Below are positions 27,816 to 37,462 of a stretch of DNA of 54,327 bases, in pieces. The translations under genes were made by a program, and so were the position numbers. Positions within the stretch are counted from its first letter, which is position 1. Each line of letters opens with the position of its first letter. Below the pieces are notes generated by a model. It worked only from the letters and a program-made list of their open reading frames with translations, searched no databases and had not been told where the DNA came from. The stretch spans positions 1 through 54,327 of the forward strand of contig PFDR01000065.1 of the NCBI GenBank assembly GCA_002772545.1. The letters are read 5' to 3'. Source of the stretch: Candidatus Peregrinibacteria bacterium CG10_big_fil_rev_8_21_14_0_10_49_10 (GTDB lineage: Bacteria; Patescibacteriota; Gracilibacteria; Peribacterales; Peribacteraceae).

Positions 27816-29537
27816 CTATTGTTCATAGTACGTTCCCCGGACCACAGGACTGCCAAAGGGGACCCAGGTGAGACTTTCGGATCCATCGGTCCAGGTAATG
27901 TCCCCTGCGGAACTCGGACTACCCGGCTGGTTGATGCTTGCAGAGAGAGACGCCTTGAGTGCATTACCCGGTATGCTCACATCAGCCTTAAGCTCTAAAA
28001 TGAGAGGACCGTCCTCAAATGAGCCGATGGTATCGGGAATGGCAGAACAGGTAATCCGGAAGGAGGAAAGGCTGCAACTGTGCCGACTGTCTATACCCTG
28101 CCGCATGAGTTCTATATTGGAAACAGTGACTCCCCCAACGGAGGAAAGAGTGAATGTGATGTCTGTGACTGCCACATCGGCCTGACCATCGCCTCTCTTT
28201 CCGCTAAAGAGATAGGACCCAATGGTGAGATCTGTTCCTTCACTCAGAACATCCCTGCCGCTATCGGGATTGGAGATAGTGGTGATGCGGGAGCGAGCCG
28301 TTTGGAACAGAGGAAAGGTGTCACTGGAATTTTTCGTGTAGGACCTGTTGCTCCACCCACCGTCTCCTTCAACCGTAACGGAAGAGACGGTGAATGACTC
28401 TCCGCTCACCCCACCCAGAGTAAAGGGCTTAAGACGTGCACGAATGTAAAAGGAGTAGTCTTCGCGACGCGGAATAGTAATATGACTGTTCTTCACGCTC
28501 AGGATGTAGGTACCACCGGATTCCCGGAACGCACGACCGAGGTATGCGCCAACGTGATCGTAAACAAGTAGCGAATCGATAGAAGAAACTGATGTATTTA
28601 AGTTGATGGTAACGGAATTGAGATTCAACGGTTCGGTATCACTGAACACATTCACCCCCGCAAGAACCGGTGAGGCATCATCACCCAGAAGCAAAACGTT
28701 GTTGTACTGAGAAACATTGGAATCGGGATCGTAGGAGACAGCGGGAGATGAAACAGACGATGTGGAAGATGACAGTGATGAGAGAGATGGGGAGGAAGAA
28801 GAGGAAGAGGCTGACAATGAGACAGTAACGTTCGATGAAACGAATGAGGAAGATGAAGAAGTGCTCTGTTGCGCCTCAGCTGTTCTGTAGGCTGCAAGCT
28901 CTCCGGACGCATTGGCAACAAATGCAACAGTCAGCCTTGCCATATCGGCACGAGAGAGAGTGATACCTGCCAGATTATCGGAAGCAAGATCAGCATTGCG
29001 GAAATCAAAGACGGGATCGGCCTGAAGCACAGGAAATGCCGCTGCAAAGTACCCCGCATACCAAGGCTCTTGCGGAGCTTGTACCTGGACCGGGATATCA
29101 AAGACTTCCACAAGTATTTTTACTGCTTCAGCTACATTCACACTGCGCTCAGCAGCAAACGGCCGGTCTCCTGCCGGCGCACCGGGCAGATCGTTGCCGC
29201 TCACTATTCCCAATGCTTTTGCCCGGCATACCGGTACTGCATACCACACATTCGGAGAAACATCGGTAAAACAGCTCAGACCGTAGGGTGTGCCGTCATC
29301 CGGGACCAAGCCCATCACTATTTTTACAAACTCTGCTCTGTTTAAAGAGTTGAGCGGCCTAAATGTTCCATCGGGGTTCCCCTCAACCACACCCATTTGA
29401 GTGAGAGTGCTTATGGCTACGGCACTGTTGGTGCCAGACCTGACATCGCTATATCGCAACGTAATCACACCATAGGATCGTGCAAAGAGAATGCCCGGTA
29501 CAAGCAGAAAGCCGATGAGTAGAATGAAACGTTTCAT
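27816..29537 (-). CDS. Secreted S-layer homology (SLH) domain protein
   Basis: Signal peptide, GNPDGTFRPLNSLNRAEFVKI, FTDV...WY, Ser-rich linker, beta-rich C-terminus. Confidence 0.85.
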   Translation of the reverse strand: MKRFILLIGFLLVPGILFARSYGVITLRYSDVRSGTNSAVAISTLTQMGVVEGNPDGTFRPLNSLNRAEFVKIVMGLVPDDGTPYGLSCFTDVSPNVWYAVPVCRAKALGIVSGNDLPGAPAGDRPFAAERSVNVAEAVKILVEVFDIPVQVQAPQEPWYAGYFAAAFPVLQADPVFDFRNADLASDNLAGITLSRADMARLTVAFVANASGELAAYRTAEAQQSTSSSSSFVSSNVTVSLSASSSSSSPSLSSLSSSTSSVSSPAVSYDPDSNVSQYNNVLLLGDDASPVLAGVNVFSDTEPLNLNSVTINLNTSVSSIDSLLVYDHVGAYLGRAFRESGGTYILSVKNSHITIPRREDYSFYIRARLKPFTLGGVSGESFTVSSVTVEGDGGWSNRSYTKNSSDTFPLFQTARSRITTISNPDSGRDVLSEGTDLTIGSYLFSGKRGDGQADVAVTDITFTLSSVGGVTVSNIELMRQGIDSRHSCSLSSFRITCSAIPDTIGSFEDGPLILELKADVSIPGNALKASLSASINQPGSPSSAGDITWTDGSESLTWVPFGSPVVRGTYYEQ

Positions 29538-29626
29538 AGAGGTAACAGTATACTCCCACCGGAAACGCGTGTCTTGAGTTTCAAAAAAGTATTGCCTATT
29601 GCGCTACGTGTACCGCAGTGACTATT

Positions 29627-31255
29627 TCAGGGTTTGTACTGCCCGACCTCTTTTGCCATGAGCACCTGGTAGACCGCCCAGACCGCTTCCCTGCGGATCA
29701 TGAGCAAATCGGGAGTAAAGAAAATCTGATCGTAGAGAAAGAAAACATACGTATCCGCTACCCCAACAAAAGGTGTGTACCACGCGCAGGGCTGTACATC
29801 TATGTACGAGTGCGGCAAATACTGTTCCAGCCGGAATGCTGAGCTCACCATCTTTAAAAATTCCGCATGGTTCACAGTACGCAACGGACGGAAAGTACCA
29901 TCCGGGTACCCCTGCATGATGGCGTGTGCAACGGCACTCATGGCGAAGAGCTCTTCCTCTGATCCGGGCGAGAGATCCGGGAAAACGCCGTCATTTTGGA
30001 CAGGGGAAACATGGTACCCGGCAGCAAGCAACAGCATGTGAGCAGCCTCTGCACGACTTATGCGCTCGTTTCCGTGGAACATGCCATCGGAGCCCAGCTG
30101 GATAATCCCCCGCTTCAGGAGTTCACGTACGGCTCTTCCCAGATTGCTATAGGGGTTCACATCCGACGGGAACGGAAAATTTCCTTCATTGAAAAACCCA
30201 ACGGTAATGACATCCTTCATTCCTACAGTTAGAAACGGACGTGAGTAGTAGTGGTATTTCCCAACATCCTCAAACGTATATTCAAATTCATTGTTCCTCC
30301 ACTTGGTAATAGGACCGGAAGAAAACAGGGCTCCGTCATCGGCACTCCACAGGCCATCACCGTCATCATCCGAGGTCACTGTGTGCGTGTAGTCGTCCGT
30401 TACGGCCCACCGCACGGTATCTCCGGGCCGAATGTGCATGCCCTTGGGACTGTAGCCCGAAACGTACTTGTCCCTGTTGATTTCTACTACATAGGTGATG
30501 GGCAAATCCGCAAATGCCGGATCCCGCGTACTGCCCGGACCATATGGCTCGGCATCGAACTCATTGAGAATGCCATCACCGTCGGCATCGGGATCTTGAG
30601 CATTCGGAATATCGTCTCCGTCCATATCATCATCTTGGTTATTTGGGATGCCATCGCCATCGATGTCATCATCCTGGTCATTTGGAATACCGTCTCCATC
30701 TCTGTCGTTTGGATCAAAACGTACAACAGAAGAGCGTGATGAAGAAGACGATACAGAAGAGGACAGAACGGAAGAGCTGGAAAAAGATGAACGACGGGAA
30801 GATAGAGAGGAACGTCTGCTACTGGAACTCTTGGAGAGTGCAGAAGAACTGGAAGACGAACGGCTGGAAATGGAAGAGGAGGAAAATGAAGAAGAGGAGA
30901 AGGAAGAAGAAGAAGAAGAAGAAGAAGAAGGCACTGAAGAAAAAGAACGGGAGCGGGAAAACGATCTGGAGGATCCCGCACTGGAACTCCCTCCGAATCC
31001 CCCACTACTCCCCGCAGTTCTCTCTCCGCAATCGCGATGGATGGTGAACGGCGCAAGACCATGCACGACAGAATCACCCCGCTTTGCACTCGGCAGATAC
31101 TCATACAGATTTGGAACTGGACCAAATACGCAGGGATAGTCCGTGGAAGGAATAGGCCCAAAGAGTGACTGTGCGTAGAGGGGTAGAGCTACGAAAGCCA
31201 TCACCAAAGTGAGGACTCCGACTACTGCAAACCGATGTAAACGATGCTTGAACAT
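29627..31255 (-). CDS. Secreted protein with Ser-rich linker, DxDGDGIPN Ca-binding repeats, cupredoxin-like domain and SLH domains
   Basis: Four DxDGD.I.N repeats, GDTVRW..HTVT..YHYY....GM, GYPDGTFRP; start 31255 or 31267. Confidence 0.85.
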   Translation of the reverse strand: MFKHRLHRFAVVGVLTLVMAFVALPLYAQSLFGPIPSTDYPCVFGPVPNLYEYLPSAKRGDSVVHGLAPFTIHRDCGERTAGSSGGFGGSSSAGSSRSFSRSRSFSSVPSSSSSSSSSFSSSSFSSSSISSRSSSSSSALSKSSSSRRSSLSSRRSSFSSSSVLSSSVSSSSSRSSVVRFDPNDRDGDGIPNDQDDDIDGDGIPNNQDDDMDGDDIPNAQDPDADGDGILNEFDAEPYGPGSTRDPAFADLPITYVVEINRDKYVSGYSPKGMHIRPGDTVRWAVTDDYTHTVTSDDDGDGLWSADDGALFSSGPITKWRNNEFEYTFEDVGKYHYYSRPFLTVGMKDVITVGFFNEGNFPFPSDVNPYSNLGRAVRELLKRGIIQLGSDGMFHGNERISRAEAAHMLLLAAGYHVSPVQNDGVFPDLSPGSEEELFAMSAVAHAIMQGYPDGTFRPLRTVNHAEFLKMVSSAFRLEQYLPHSYIDVQPCAWYTPFVGVADTYVFFLYDQIFFTPDLLMIRREAVWAVYQVLMAKEVGQYKP

Positions 31256-31373
31256 GAAGTGCACCATTCTGAGATCCGAAGTGGAGAGAGTCAACGCAGG
31301 GTTGTTCTGGTTTTGTATACAGAAAAGGCTTTCTGCAGAGAGAATCTGCTCCTGATAGAATGTAAAAAGAAAT

Positions 31374-32423
31374 CTAACCCCTTTGCCGTACGTAATCAGC
31401 CAACTCTTCGAAGAGTGACTCTGCATTATCTATTCCAATACACGGATCGGTAATAGATAGACCCTCCATATTCATATCAGGACCAGCCTTTTGCTTTCCT
31501 GGAAGAGTAAACACCTCTGTCATAATGCCACGGAAGTGACGGTATGCCTCCGGATAATCAAACCTGTTCTTCACCACTGCTCGCAGAACACGCATTTGTT
31601 CCTCCACAGTTTTTTCTCCACTCTTTCTATCAATACAATTCGCATGGCTGCAATCCACAATGACTGCAGGGTTTTTTACCTGTGCGTCACACAACATGTC
31701 AGTTATGTTTCCAATAGCGTGAGGTTCCCAGTTAGGGCCATTTGCTTCGGAGCCGCGTAAGATAGCGAATGCGTGAGGATTGCCAGAGACAGACTGTTGC
31801 TTCATCTGTAGAATAAGATGATTGCCCGGAGTTTGGGCAACAATCACTCCATCTACTGCAGATTTCAGATCGCCACTCATGTCATGCTTCATCCCCATGG
31901 GAAATTCCATACCTCCCGCCGCTCGCCTATGCCACATTGCACAAGCATTGCGAGCTCCTATGGCACCACAGCAGAGAAGATCGTTGAAGTAATCTTTTAA
32001 GTCCGGATTGAGAATTTCATCCATCACTCCTATATGCGGAGCAACCTGATGAAAAGCAGAACGGGTAGCGTAGATGCCCTCCACAATATTCACACCACCG
32101 TTATGAGGCTTATTGGGGTAAGGATTGAACTGAATCCCTTCCCATCCATTATTCGTCCGTGGCTTAATGGAATACACACGTTCTATGAAATAAAAAACAT
32201 CACCAAATCTTTTATTGAAGTCTGCTATACGCTTTGCATTTTGCACTCCTGCCTCAATAGGAAAAAATGAGCAGGGTCCGGCACCAACGAGCAAACGCTG
32301 ATCCTTTCCCTCTAAAATGCGCCGAATGCTTTCGCGCTGTTGCTCAACAACCTCAGGCATTGCCGGGTACGTTTGCAGTACTTCCTGAATGGGTGGGAGA
32401 TCACGCTCTACTGTGAATGCCAT
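31374..32423 (-). CDS. aroG: DAHP synthase class I (AroF/G/H type)
   Basis: GPCS, KPRT..GW.G, AIGAR, ILRG, DCSHAN, SITDPCI. Confidence 0.88.
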   Translation of the reverse strand: MAFTVERDLPPIQEVLQTYPAMPEVVEQQRESIRRILEGKDQRLLVGAGPCSFFPIEAGVQNAKRIADFNKRFGDVFYFIERVYSIKPRTNNGWEGIQFNPYPNKPHNGGVNIVEGIYATRSAFHQVAPHIGVMDEILNPDLKDYFNDLLCCGAIGARNACAMWHRRAAGGMEFPMGMKHDMSGDLKSAVDGVIVAQTPGNHLILQMKQQSVSGNPHAFAILRGSEANGPNWEPHAIGNITDMLCDAQVKNPAVIVDCSHANCIDRKSGEKTVEEQMRVLRAVVKNRFDYPEAYRHFRGIMTEVFTLPGKQKAGPDMNMEGLSITDPCIGIDNAESLFEELADYVRQRG

Positions 32424-32444
32424 AAGGAGAAGAGGTAAGAAATA

Positions 32445-33701
32445 CTATGGTTCTACAGGCTCAAGAGCCTGAAGCTCTTTGAGTGAATCGGTGGAACAAA
32501 TCCATACAACATTTCGTATATGGGAGTTATAGCGCAGTTGGTTGAAAAGAATGTTCATACGACTCGGAGATGTTTTGCTTGCATCCATCTCTAAAAGAAA
32601 GGCGTATGTCTTTGGGCCAATGGGTCGCGAGTGAATAGACGTAAGATTCACATCGGATGTTGCAATATCACCTGTAATATCAAACAGAACACCCGGATAA
32701 TTATCCGGTATGACCTCCACACAATGGTAACGACGACTGGTATCGAGTTCTGATCCCTGTACTATCCGATCTGCTCTTTCATAAGCCGAATTTCCCATAC
32801 CAATGGAAGGAGAAGCAATGTGATGGTTCCAGCTACCCAACCACTGCATTGCCCTTACTGCAGAACAGTTTTCCAGTTTGCGACGCATAAGTTCAAATGC
32901 TGTACCATCTCTGCAGGAATCCATTTCCATAAAAAATCTGTATCCATCTCCACCGTCAATTTTCTGTGAATGAAGAGAGCGAAGATCTGTTCCCGCATTA
33001 CGAATAATCCCCAGAATATTGTGTAGTATGCCAATACCGTCCTTTTCCGGAATAACAATAGCCGCATGATGTTCTTTCTGGATATCCGGGAGATCTACTC
33101 CCCCATTCATATGCATGAGATAAAACTGCGTAATGTTTCCCACACCCTTCTGATTTGCCATATCTTCACGAAGCACATTCAGTCCCCATTCCTCAATGGC
33201 AAGACGAGAGGCAAGACAAATACGATGAGGATCTTTCAGCTCAGCAACATGCTGAGGAGCATCTGCCGTTACGGCTTCTATTACATGGTTCTTATCTGTG
33301 AGTCCCAACTCAGCGAGAGCGTCGCCGCACTGCGCTATACCCATAGGATGTGAATGCACATAAGATATGTCTTGCAAATCCGTATTGGGCAAAACACCTA
33401 AACACATACGTACATGCAGTTCTATTTCACCACATATAGCTTCAGAACTGTTATCTCTCAATTGGTTAAGGTGTTTCCAAACGGGTCCCTTTGATGAATT
33501 TTCCACTGGAACTACTCCATAATCACCCCCCGCAATACCTTCCCAAACACCCTCAATAGTATCGGCATAGTGAATACGGGTTGTAGGTACTTCTTTTTGC
33601 ACAAGCCGTGCTGCTTCATCCGAAAATGAGAGTTTTTTCATGGCCCAGAGATTTGATTGCTCAGGAAGAATGGACGATTCTGATGAAATTTTTTGAGTCA
33701 T
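32445..33701 (-). CDS. pheA: Prephenate dehydratase with two ACT domains
   Basis: GVVPVENS, SHP.GIAQC, N.TQF (TRF-like), two ACT repeats (second: PGVL...NLTSIHSRP). Confidence 0.8.
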   Translation of the reverse strand: MTQKISSESSILPEQSNLWAMKKLSFSDEAARLVQKEVPTTRIHYADTIEGVWEGIAGGDYGVVPVENSSKGPVWKHLNQLRDNSSEAICGEIELHVRMCLGVLPNTDLQDISYVHSHPMGIAQCGDALAELGLTDKNHVIEAVTADAPQHVAELKDPHRICLASRLAIEEWGLNVLREDMANQKGVGNITQFYLMHMNGGVDLPDIQKEHHAAIVIPEKDGIGILHNILGIIRNAGTDLRSLHSQKIDGGDGYRFFMEMDSCRDGTAFELMRRKLENCSAVRAMQWLGSWNHHIASPSIGMGNSAYERADRIVQGSELDTSRRYHCVEVIPDNYPGVLFDITGDIATSDVNLTSIHSRPIGPKTYAFLLEMDASKTSPSRMNILFNQLRYNSHIRNVVWICSTDSLKELQALEPVEP

Positions 33702-33736
33702 AGTCTGAAGCAGGTAACAAACAAAACACCTCCGCT

Positions 33737-33810
33737 GCGTGGGGAAGTGCGTAGAGTCTGCTTGATTTTTTTAATCGATTACATCAGACGCATCGGCTCC
33801 TTCCCCGCAC
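33737..33810 (-). promoter_or_regulatory. Structured 5' leader of pheA-aroG
   Basis: Long hairpin GTGCGGGGAAG/CTTCCCCACGC, TGCGTCTG/CAGAC..CGCA, GATT/AATC. Confidence 0.45.
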
Positions 33811-33902
33811 TAAAGGGGGAGAAATAGAAGCCGTAGCTAAAGGTCTGCTGTATCACGTTGAACACACTTTACTTGTCTTACACAGGATGTCAAGCTACGG
33901 AC

Positions 33903-34724
33903 GTGCAAAAACTGGAAGAACACGTCCGGCAGTTCTGCAAGACCTATGCCCTCAAACTCAACACAGACCTCGGTCAGCACTTTCTTGTAGATCAGGAAGT
34001 GCTGGATGCCATTGTGGATGCATCCGGCATTCACACGGAAGACACGGTGGTAGAAATAGGACCGGGCATAGGGGTGCTTACAAAAGAACTACTCACACGT
34101 GCCGCAAAGGTTGTAGCGGTAGAGCTGGACGCACGCCTGATTCCTCTGCTGGAAACATATGTGGAAGATGACCCCAGGCTCGAGGTCATACAGGGAAACG
34201 CACTCCGGGTGCCCCTGCCAAAAGAACCGTACAGAATTGTCGCCAATATTCCCTATCACATTACCTCGCCGCTGCTGCGACATGCTTTTTTAGAATCAGA
34301 CATAACACCGGTCTCTCTTACACTTCTCATACAAAAAGAGGTGGCAGAAAAAATCTGCGATACACAGCACACCGGCCTTCTTACCATTCTTGTAGGTCTC
34401 TTTGGTACACCCGAGATTATTGCAGATGTTCCGCCTTCTTGCTTCCTGCCACCACCACAGGTCGACTCGGCGGTGCTGCACATACAGTGTTTTCCGGAAC
34501 CTATTGCTTCTGCCGACGAACTCAAGAAGATTTTTTCTCTCACAAAAATTGCCTTCTCCCGGAAGAGAAAAATGCTCAGTAACAGTATAGGAAAACAACC
34601 GGGTGGCGCAGAGATGCTAAAAAAAGCGGGAATACATGCAGATAGAAGACCGGAAACACTCACGGTGGAAGAGTGGGTGAAGCTTGCGAAGGTCGACCTC
34701 ACCCCCACGTTCTATCACCCTTAA
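33903..34724 (+). CDS. rsmA: 16S rRNA dimethyltransferase KsgA
   Basis: LGQHFL, EIGPGIG, VANIPYHITSP, QKEVA, FLPPPQVDS, RPETL; start GTG 33903 or TTG 33858. Confidence 0.95.
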   Translation: MQKLEEHVRQFCKTYALKLNTDLGQHFLVDQEVLDAIVDASGIHTEDTVVEIGPGIGVLTKELLTRAAKVVAVELDARLIPLLETYVEDDPRLEVIQGNALRVPLPKEPYRIVANIPYHITSPLLRHAFLESDITPVSLTLLIQKEVAEKICDTQHTGLLTILVGLFGTPEIIADVPPSCFLPPPQVDSAVLHIQCFPEPIASADELKKIFSLTKIAFSRKRKMLSNSIGKQPGGAEMLKKAGIHADRRPETLTVEEWVKLAKVDLTPTFYHP

Positions 34725-34822
34725 GAACAGTTTTTAGGCTTTATAAAGCCACATATCCATATGTATCGGAGAAATTTTTCACAGGGGACATACAGAGGAA
34801 AAAATGAGAGGAAACTATAGGT

Positions 34823-36334
34823 ATGCATGCCCGCAGATGTTCCTACACCTTCCTTCTCAGTTTTCTTATTGGCATCTTTCTGTTGCAGTGGAACCAGCAA
34901 AAAATGTATCCGCCGGATGTCTGGGAACTCCTGCTCATGCTCGGAGCGCTGGGTGCGGTCTCCGTTTGTATACCGCAGACAAGGAAGATGGGAGGCATAG
35001 CCCTGGCCATGGCACTGGGCATTGCCGTGTCTCTGAGTACCGTGGAACGCACAACACATGTGCCAACGGCATTGACTGTAGATACCTATGCAACGGAGCA
35101 GTTCGTAAAAGTGTATGGAACCATTGCCGCAGAACCCGACAGAAGACCTATGCAAACTAAATACACCGTAGACGTACATCAGATTCAAACTGCATCGGGC
35201 ACCATTCTTTTTCCCGTACAGGGAAAGGTACTTGCTACGTACGGGAGCTGGCCACGCTTTGCCTATGGAGAGGATGTCGTAGTGCAGGGCACACTCCAGG
35301 CACCCCGTGCCATAGAAACCTTTCAGTACGACCGCTATTTGAGCCGCTATGGAGTCTATGCAGTCATCTATAGAGCGGGTATGCAGAAGAAACAAAGTGT
35401 CGCACCGAAGGATGACATCTGGGCAAGGTTCAAATCCTCTCTCTTTACACTCAAAGACCACTTTGAATACCGGATCAATACTCTGTATGCAGAACCACAT
35501 GCTTCATTTATGGCAGGTCTGCTTACAGGTTCCCGACGTGGCATACCCGATGCATTGCTGAAGGATTTCAATACCACAGGTCTCACACACATTATTGCTA
35601 TTTCCGGCTACAACATCACCATTGTTATCACCATGATTTCAGGAATGCTCTTCTGGTTGCCACTGAAGAAACGGTTCTTCCCCGCAGTTGCTGCCATCAT
35701 TGCATTTACGCTTTTTGTGGGAGCAAGCGCCGCTATAGTTCGTGCAAGCATTATGGGAATACTCGGACTGCTTGCACTGCAAACAGGACGCCAGTCTGAA
35801 GTGCGACTGAGCGTACTGTGGACCCTCTTTTTCATGCTCCTGTGGAACCCAAAGTACCTGTGGTACGACGCAGGCTTCCAGCTCTCGTTCCTTGCCGTGC
35901 TGGGGCTCATAGAAGTAGCTCCGCTGCTCGACCCCCTCTTTCAATACATTCCTCAGACACTCGGTATTCGTGAAGCACTGCAAATGACCGTATCCGCACA
36001 GCTGAGTGCGGTACCGCTCATTATTTTTTTGTTTGGCAGACTCTCCCTTATAGCACCCATAGCAAATCTCCTTGTTGCTCCTTTTATACCGCTTGCCATG
36101 TTGTTTGGATTCCTCGGAACGGTAGCAAGTTTTGTATGGTTCCCTCTGGGGCAAATGCTCTCCTATATTGCATGGGGATGTCTGGAGTGGATTGTAATCG
36201 TGGCACATCAACTTTCTAATATTCCCTTTTCATCGGTAGAACTAGGAAAGATAAGTAGTATAGTTATTGTGGGGTATTACTGCCTTCTCCTTCTTGTGTT
36301 GTATCGCCATCAGCGAATGGTTGCTTGTTACTAG
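34823..36334 (+). CDS. comEC: ComEC/Rec2 competence protein (OB and Competence domains; no MBL domain)
   Basis: TGLTHIIAISGYN, RASIMG, GFQLSFLA. Confidence 0.93.
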   Translation: MHARRCSYTFLLSFLIGIFLLQWNQQKMYPPDVWELLLMLGALGAVSVCIPQTRKMGGIALAMALGIAVSLSTVERTTHVPTALTVDTYATEQFVKVYGTIAAEPDRRPMQTKYTVDVHQIQTASGTILFPVQGKVLATYGSWPRFAYGEDVVVQGTLQAPRAIETFQYDRYLSRYGVYAVIYRAGMQKKQSVAPKDDIWARFKSSLFTLKDHFEYRINTLYAEPHASFMAGLLTGSRRGIPDALLKDFNTTGLTHIIAISGYNITIVITMISGMLFWLPLKKRFFPAVAAIIAFTLFVGASAAIVRASIMGILGLLALQTGRQSEVRLSVLWTLFFMLLWNPKYLWYDAGFQLSFLAVLGLIEVAPLLDPLFQYIPQTLGIREALQMTVSAQLSAVPLIIFLFGRLSLIAPIANLLVAPFIPLAMLFGFLGTVASFVWFPLGQMLSYIAWGCLEWIVIVAHQLSNIPFSSVELGKISSIVIVGYYCLLLLVLYRHQRMVACY

Positions 36335-36350
36335 TTGCTTGTAACTTGTT
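36318..36350. repeat. Heptamer array, left arm of locus 3
   Basis: TGGTTGC TTGTTAC TAGTTGC TTGTAAC TTGTT then ATG; contains the comEC stop. Confidence 0.85.
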
Positions 36351-36719
36351 ATGGCTATATTTATTACATTCGAGGATATAAAGGCTTGGCAGGAAGGTCG
36401 CAAGCTCATGCAAACCATACGCCAATACTGCAATAGAGCTCGTGCCAAAAGAGACTTTGCATGGGCAGACCAAATCAGCAGATCCACTCTTTCTGTTATG
36501 GCCAATATTGCGGAAGGACATGATGCACTTAGTAAAAATGAATTCATTAGGTTTTTAGGATATGCAAAGCGCTCATGCGCAGAAACAAGATGTCACTTGT
36601 ACTATGGTTTTGATGCTGGATACATCACAAAAAAAGAATTCCAATCTACAGCTTTACAGGCAAAACAGATTTGCGCTCAAATTGCTAGCCTCATCAAGTA
36701 TCTAAGAAGTAGCAAATGA
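36351..36719 (+). CDS. Four helix bundle protein, copy 3
   Basis: TFEDIKAWQEG, DF...DQISRSTLSVMANIAEG, EFIRFL.YAKRSCAE. Confidence 0.92.
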   Translation: MAIFITFEDIKAWQEGRKLMQTIRQYCNRARAKRDFAWADQISRSTLSVMANIAEGHDALSKNEFIRFLGYAKRSCAETRCHLYYGFDAGYITKKEFQSTALQAKQICAQIASLIKYLRSSK

Positions 36720-36840
36720 GCAACAAGTAACTAGTAACCAGCAACAAGTAACTAGTAACCAGCAACAAGTAACTAGTAACCACTAACCAGCAACTAGTAA
36801 CTAGTAACCACTAACCAGCAACTACTAAACAAGCACCAGT
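36720..36840. repeat. Heptamer array of about 15 units, right arm of locus 3
   Basis: (GCAACAA GTAACTA GTAACCA)x3, then CTAACCA GCAACTA GTAACTA GTAACCA CTAACCA GCAACTA; complementary to the left arm. Confidence 0.92.
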
Positions 36841-37374
36841 CTACCACACATACATCCGGAGCTTTCTCTGGCCCGTAAGCCAAGGAACCGATTTCTCCTG
36901 TACCGGTTTTTTATGTGGAAATTGAAATGCATAGGAAACCACCTTTGTTCCGGGTTTGAGTTCCGCATCAAATTTCTTTTCCAATTTTGTAAGGAGACTG
37001 GGAATAAGGTAGAGAAAAATACAATCCGCGTCCGAAACATCCTGCTTGAGCACATCTTTCAAACGCAGTTCTACCGTTTGCCGGGAAATCCAAATACGTA
37101 CCTTTCCAAGGAGCCACACTGTGGGCACAAACTCTACTCCTATGGCAGTGATGGAAGGGTATTTTCGCTTTGCATAAATGAGCAGGCGGGCATCCCCTGC
37201 TCCCAGATCGTAGAGTGTTTCACTGCCCTGCAGACCAGCAAAATGGAGCATCTCTTCTCCCACATGTTTGGGCGTGGGGATAAAGGGGACAGCTATCCAG
37301 ATATGCGCCACGACCGTCACTACAATAAAGAGAGTGATGAGAATGGCGAAGAGAAGCAGTACATCTAGAAACAT
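36841..37374 (-). CDS. Membrane-anchored class I SAM-dependent methyltransferase
   Basis: N-terminal TM, PFIPT, YDLGAGDAR, FLYL, LKPGTKVVS. Confidence 0.88.
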   Translation of the reverse strand: MFLDVLLLFAILITLFIVVTVVAHIWIAVPFIPTPKHVGEEMLHFAGLQGSETLYDLGAGDARLLIYAKRKYPSITAIGVEFVPTVWLLGKVRIWISRQTVELRLKDVLKQDVSDADCIFLYLIPSLLTKLEKKFDAELKPGTKVVSYAFQFPHKKPVQEKSVPWLTGQRKLRMYVW

Positions 37375-37462
37375 ACAATGACTGTAATACGGTTAGATTG
37401 TTTGCATGGCATGAACTCAGCGTAACGCTTGCACAGAAATATAACCATGCAAGAATAGACGC

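Noticed and set aside
30643-31139. Poly-Glu and poly-Lys ORFs on the + strand
   Set aside because: They are antisense shadows of the Ser-rich linker of the SLH protein.
10463-36719. Diversity-generating retroelement suggested by Avd-like genes
   Set aside because: No reverse transcriptase and no TR/VR pair with adenine-specific mismatches is visible in the window.
36720-36840. CRISPR-like periodic array
   Set aside because: It is a pure 7-bp tandem repeat without spacers.
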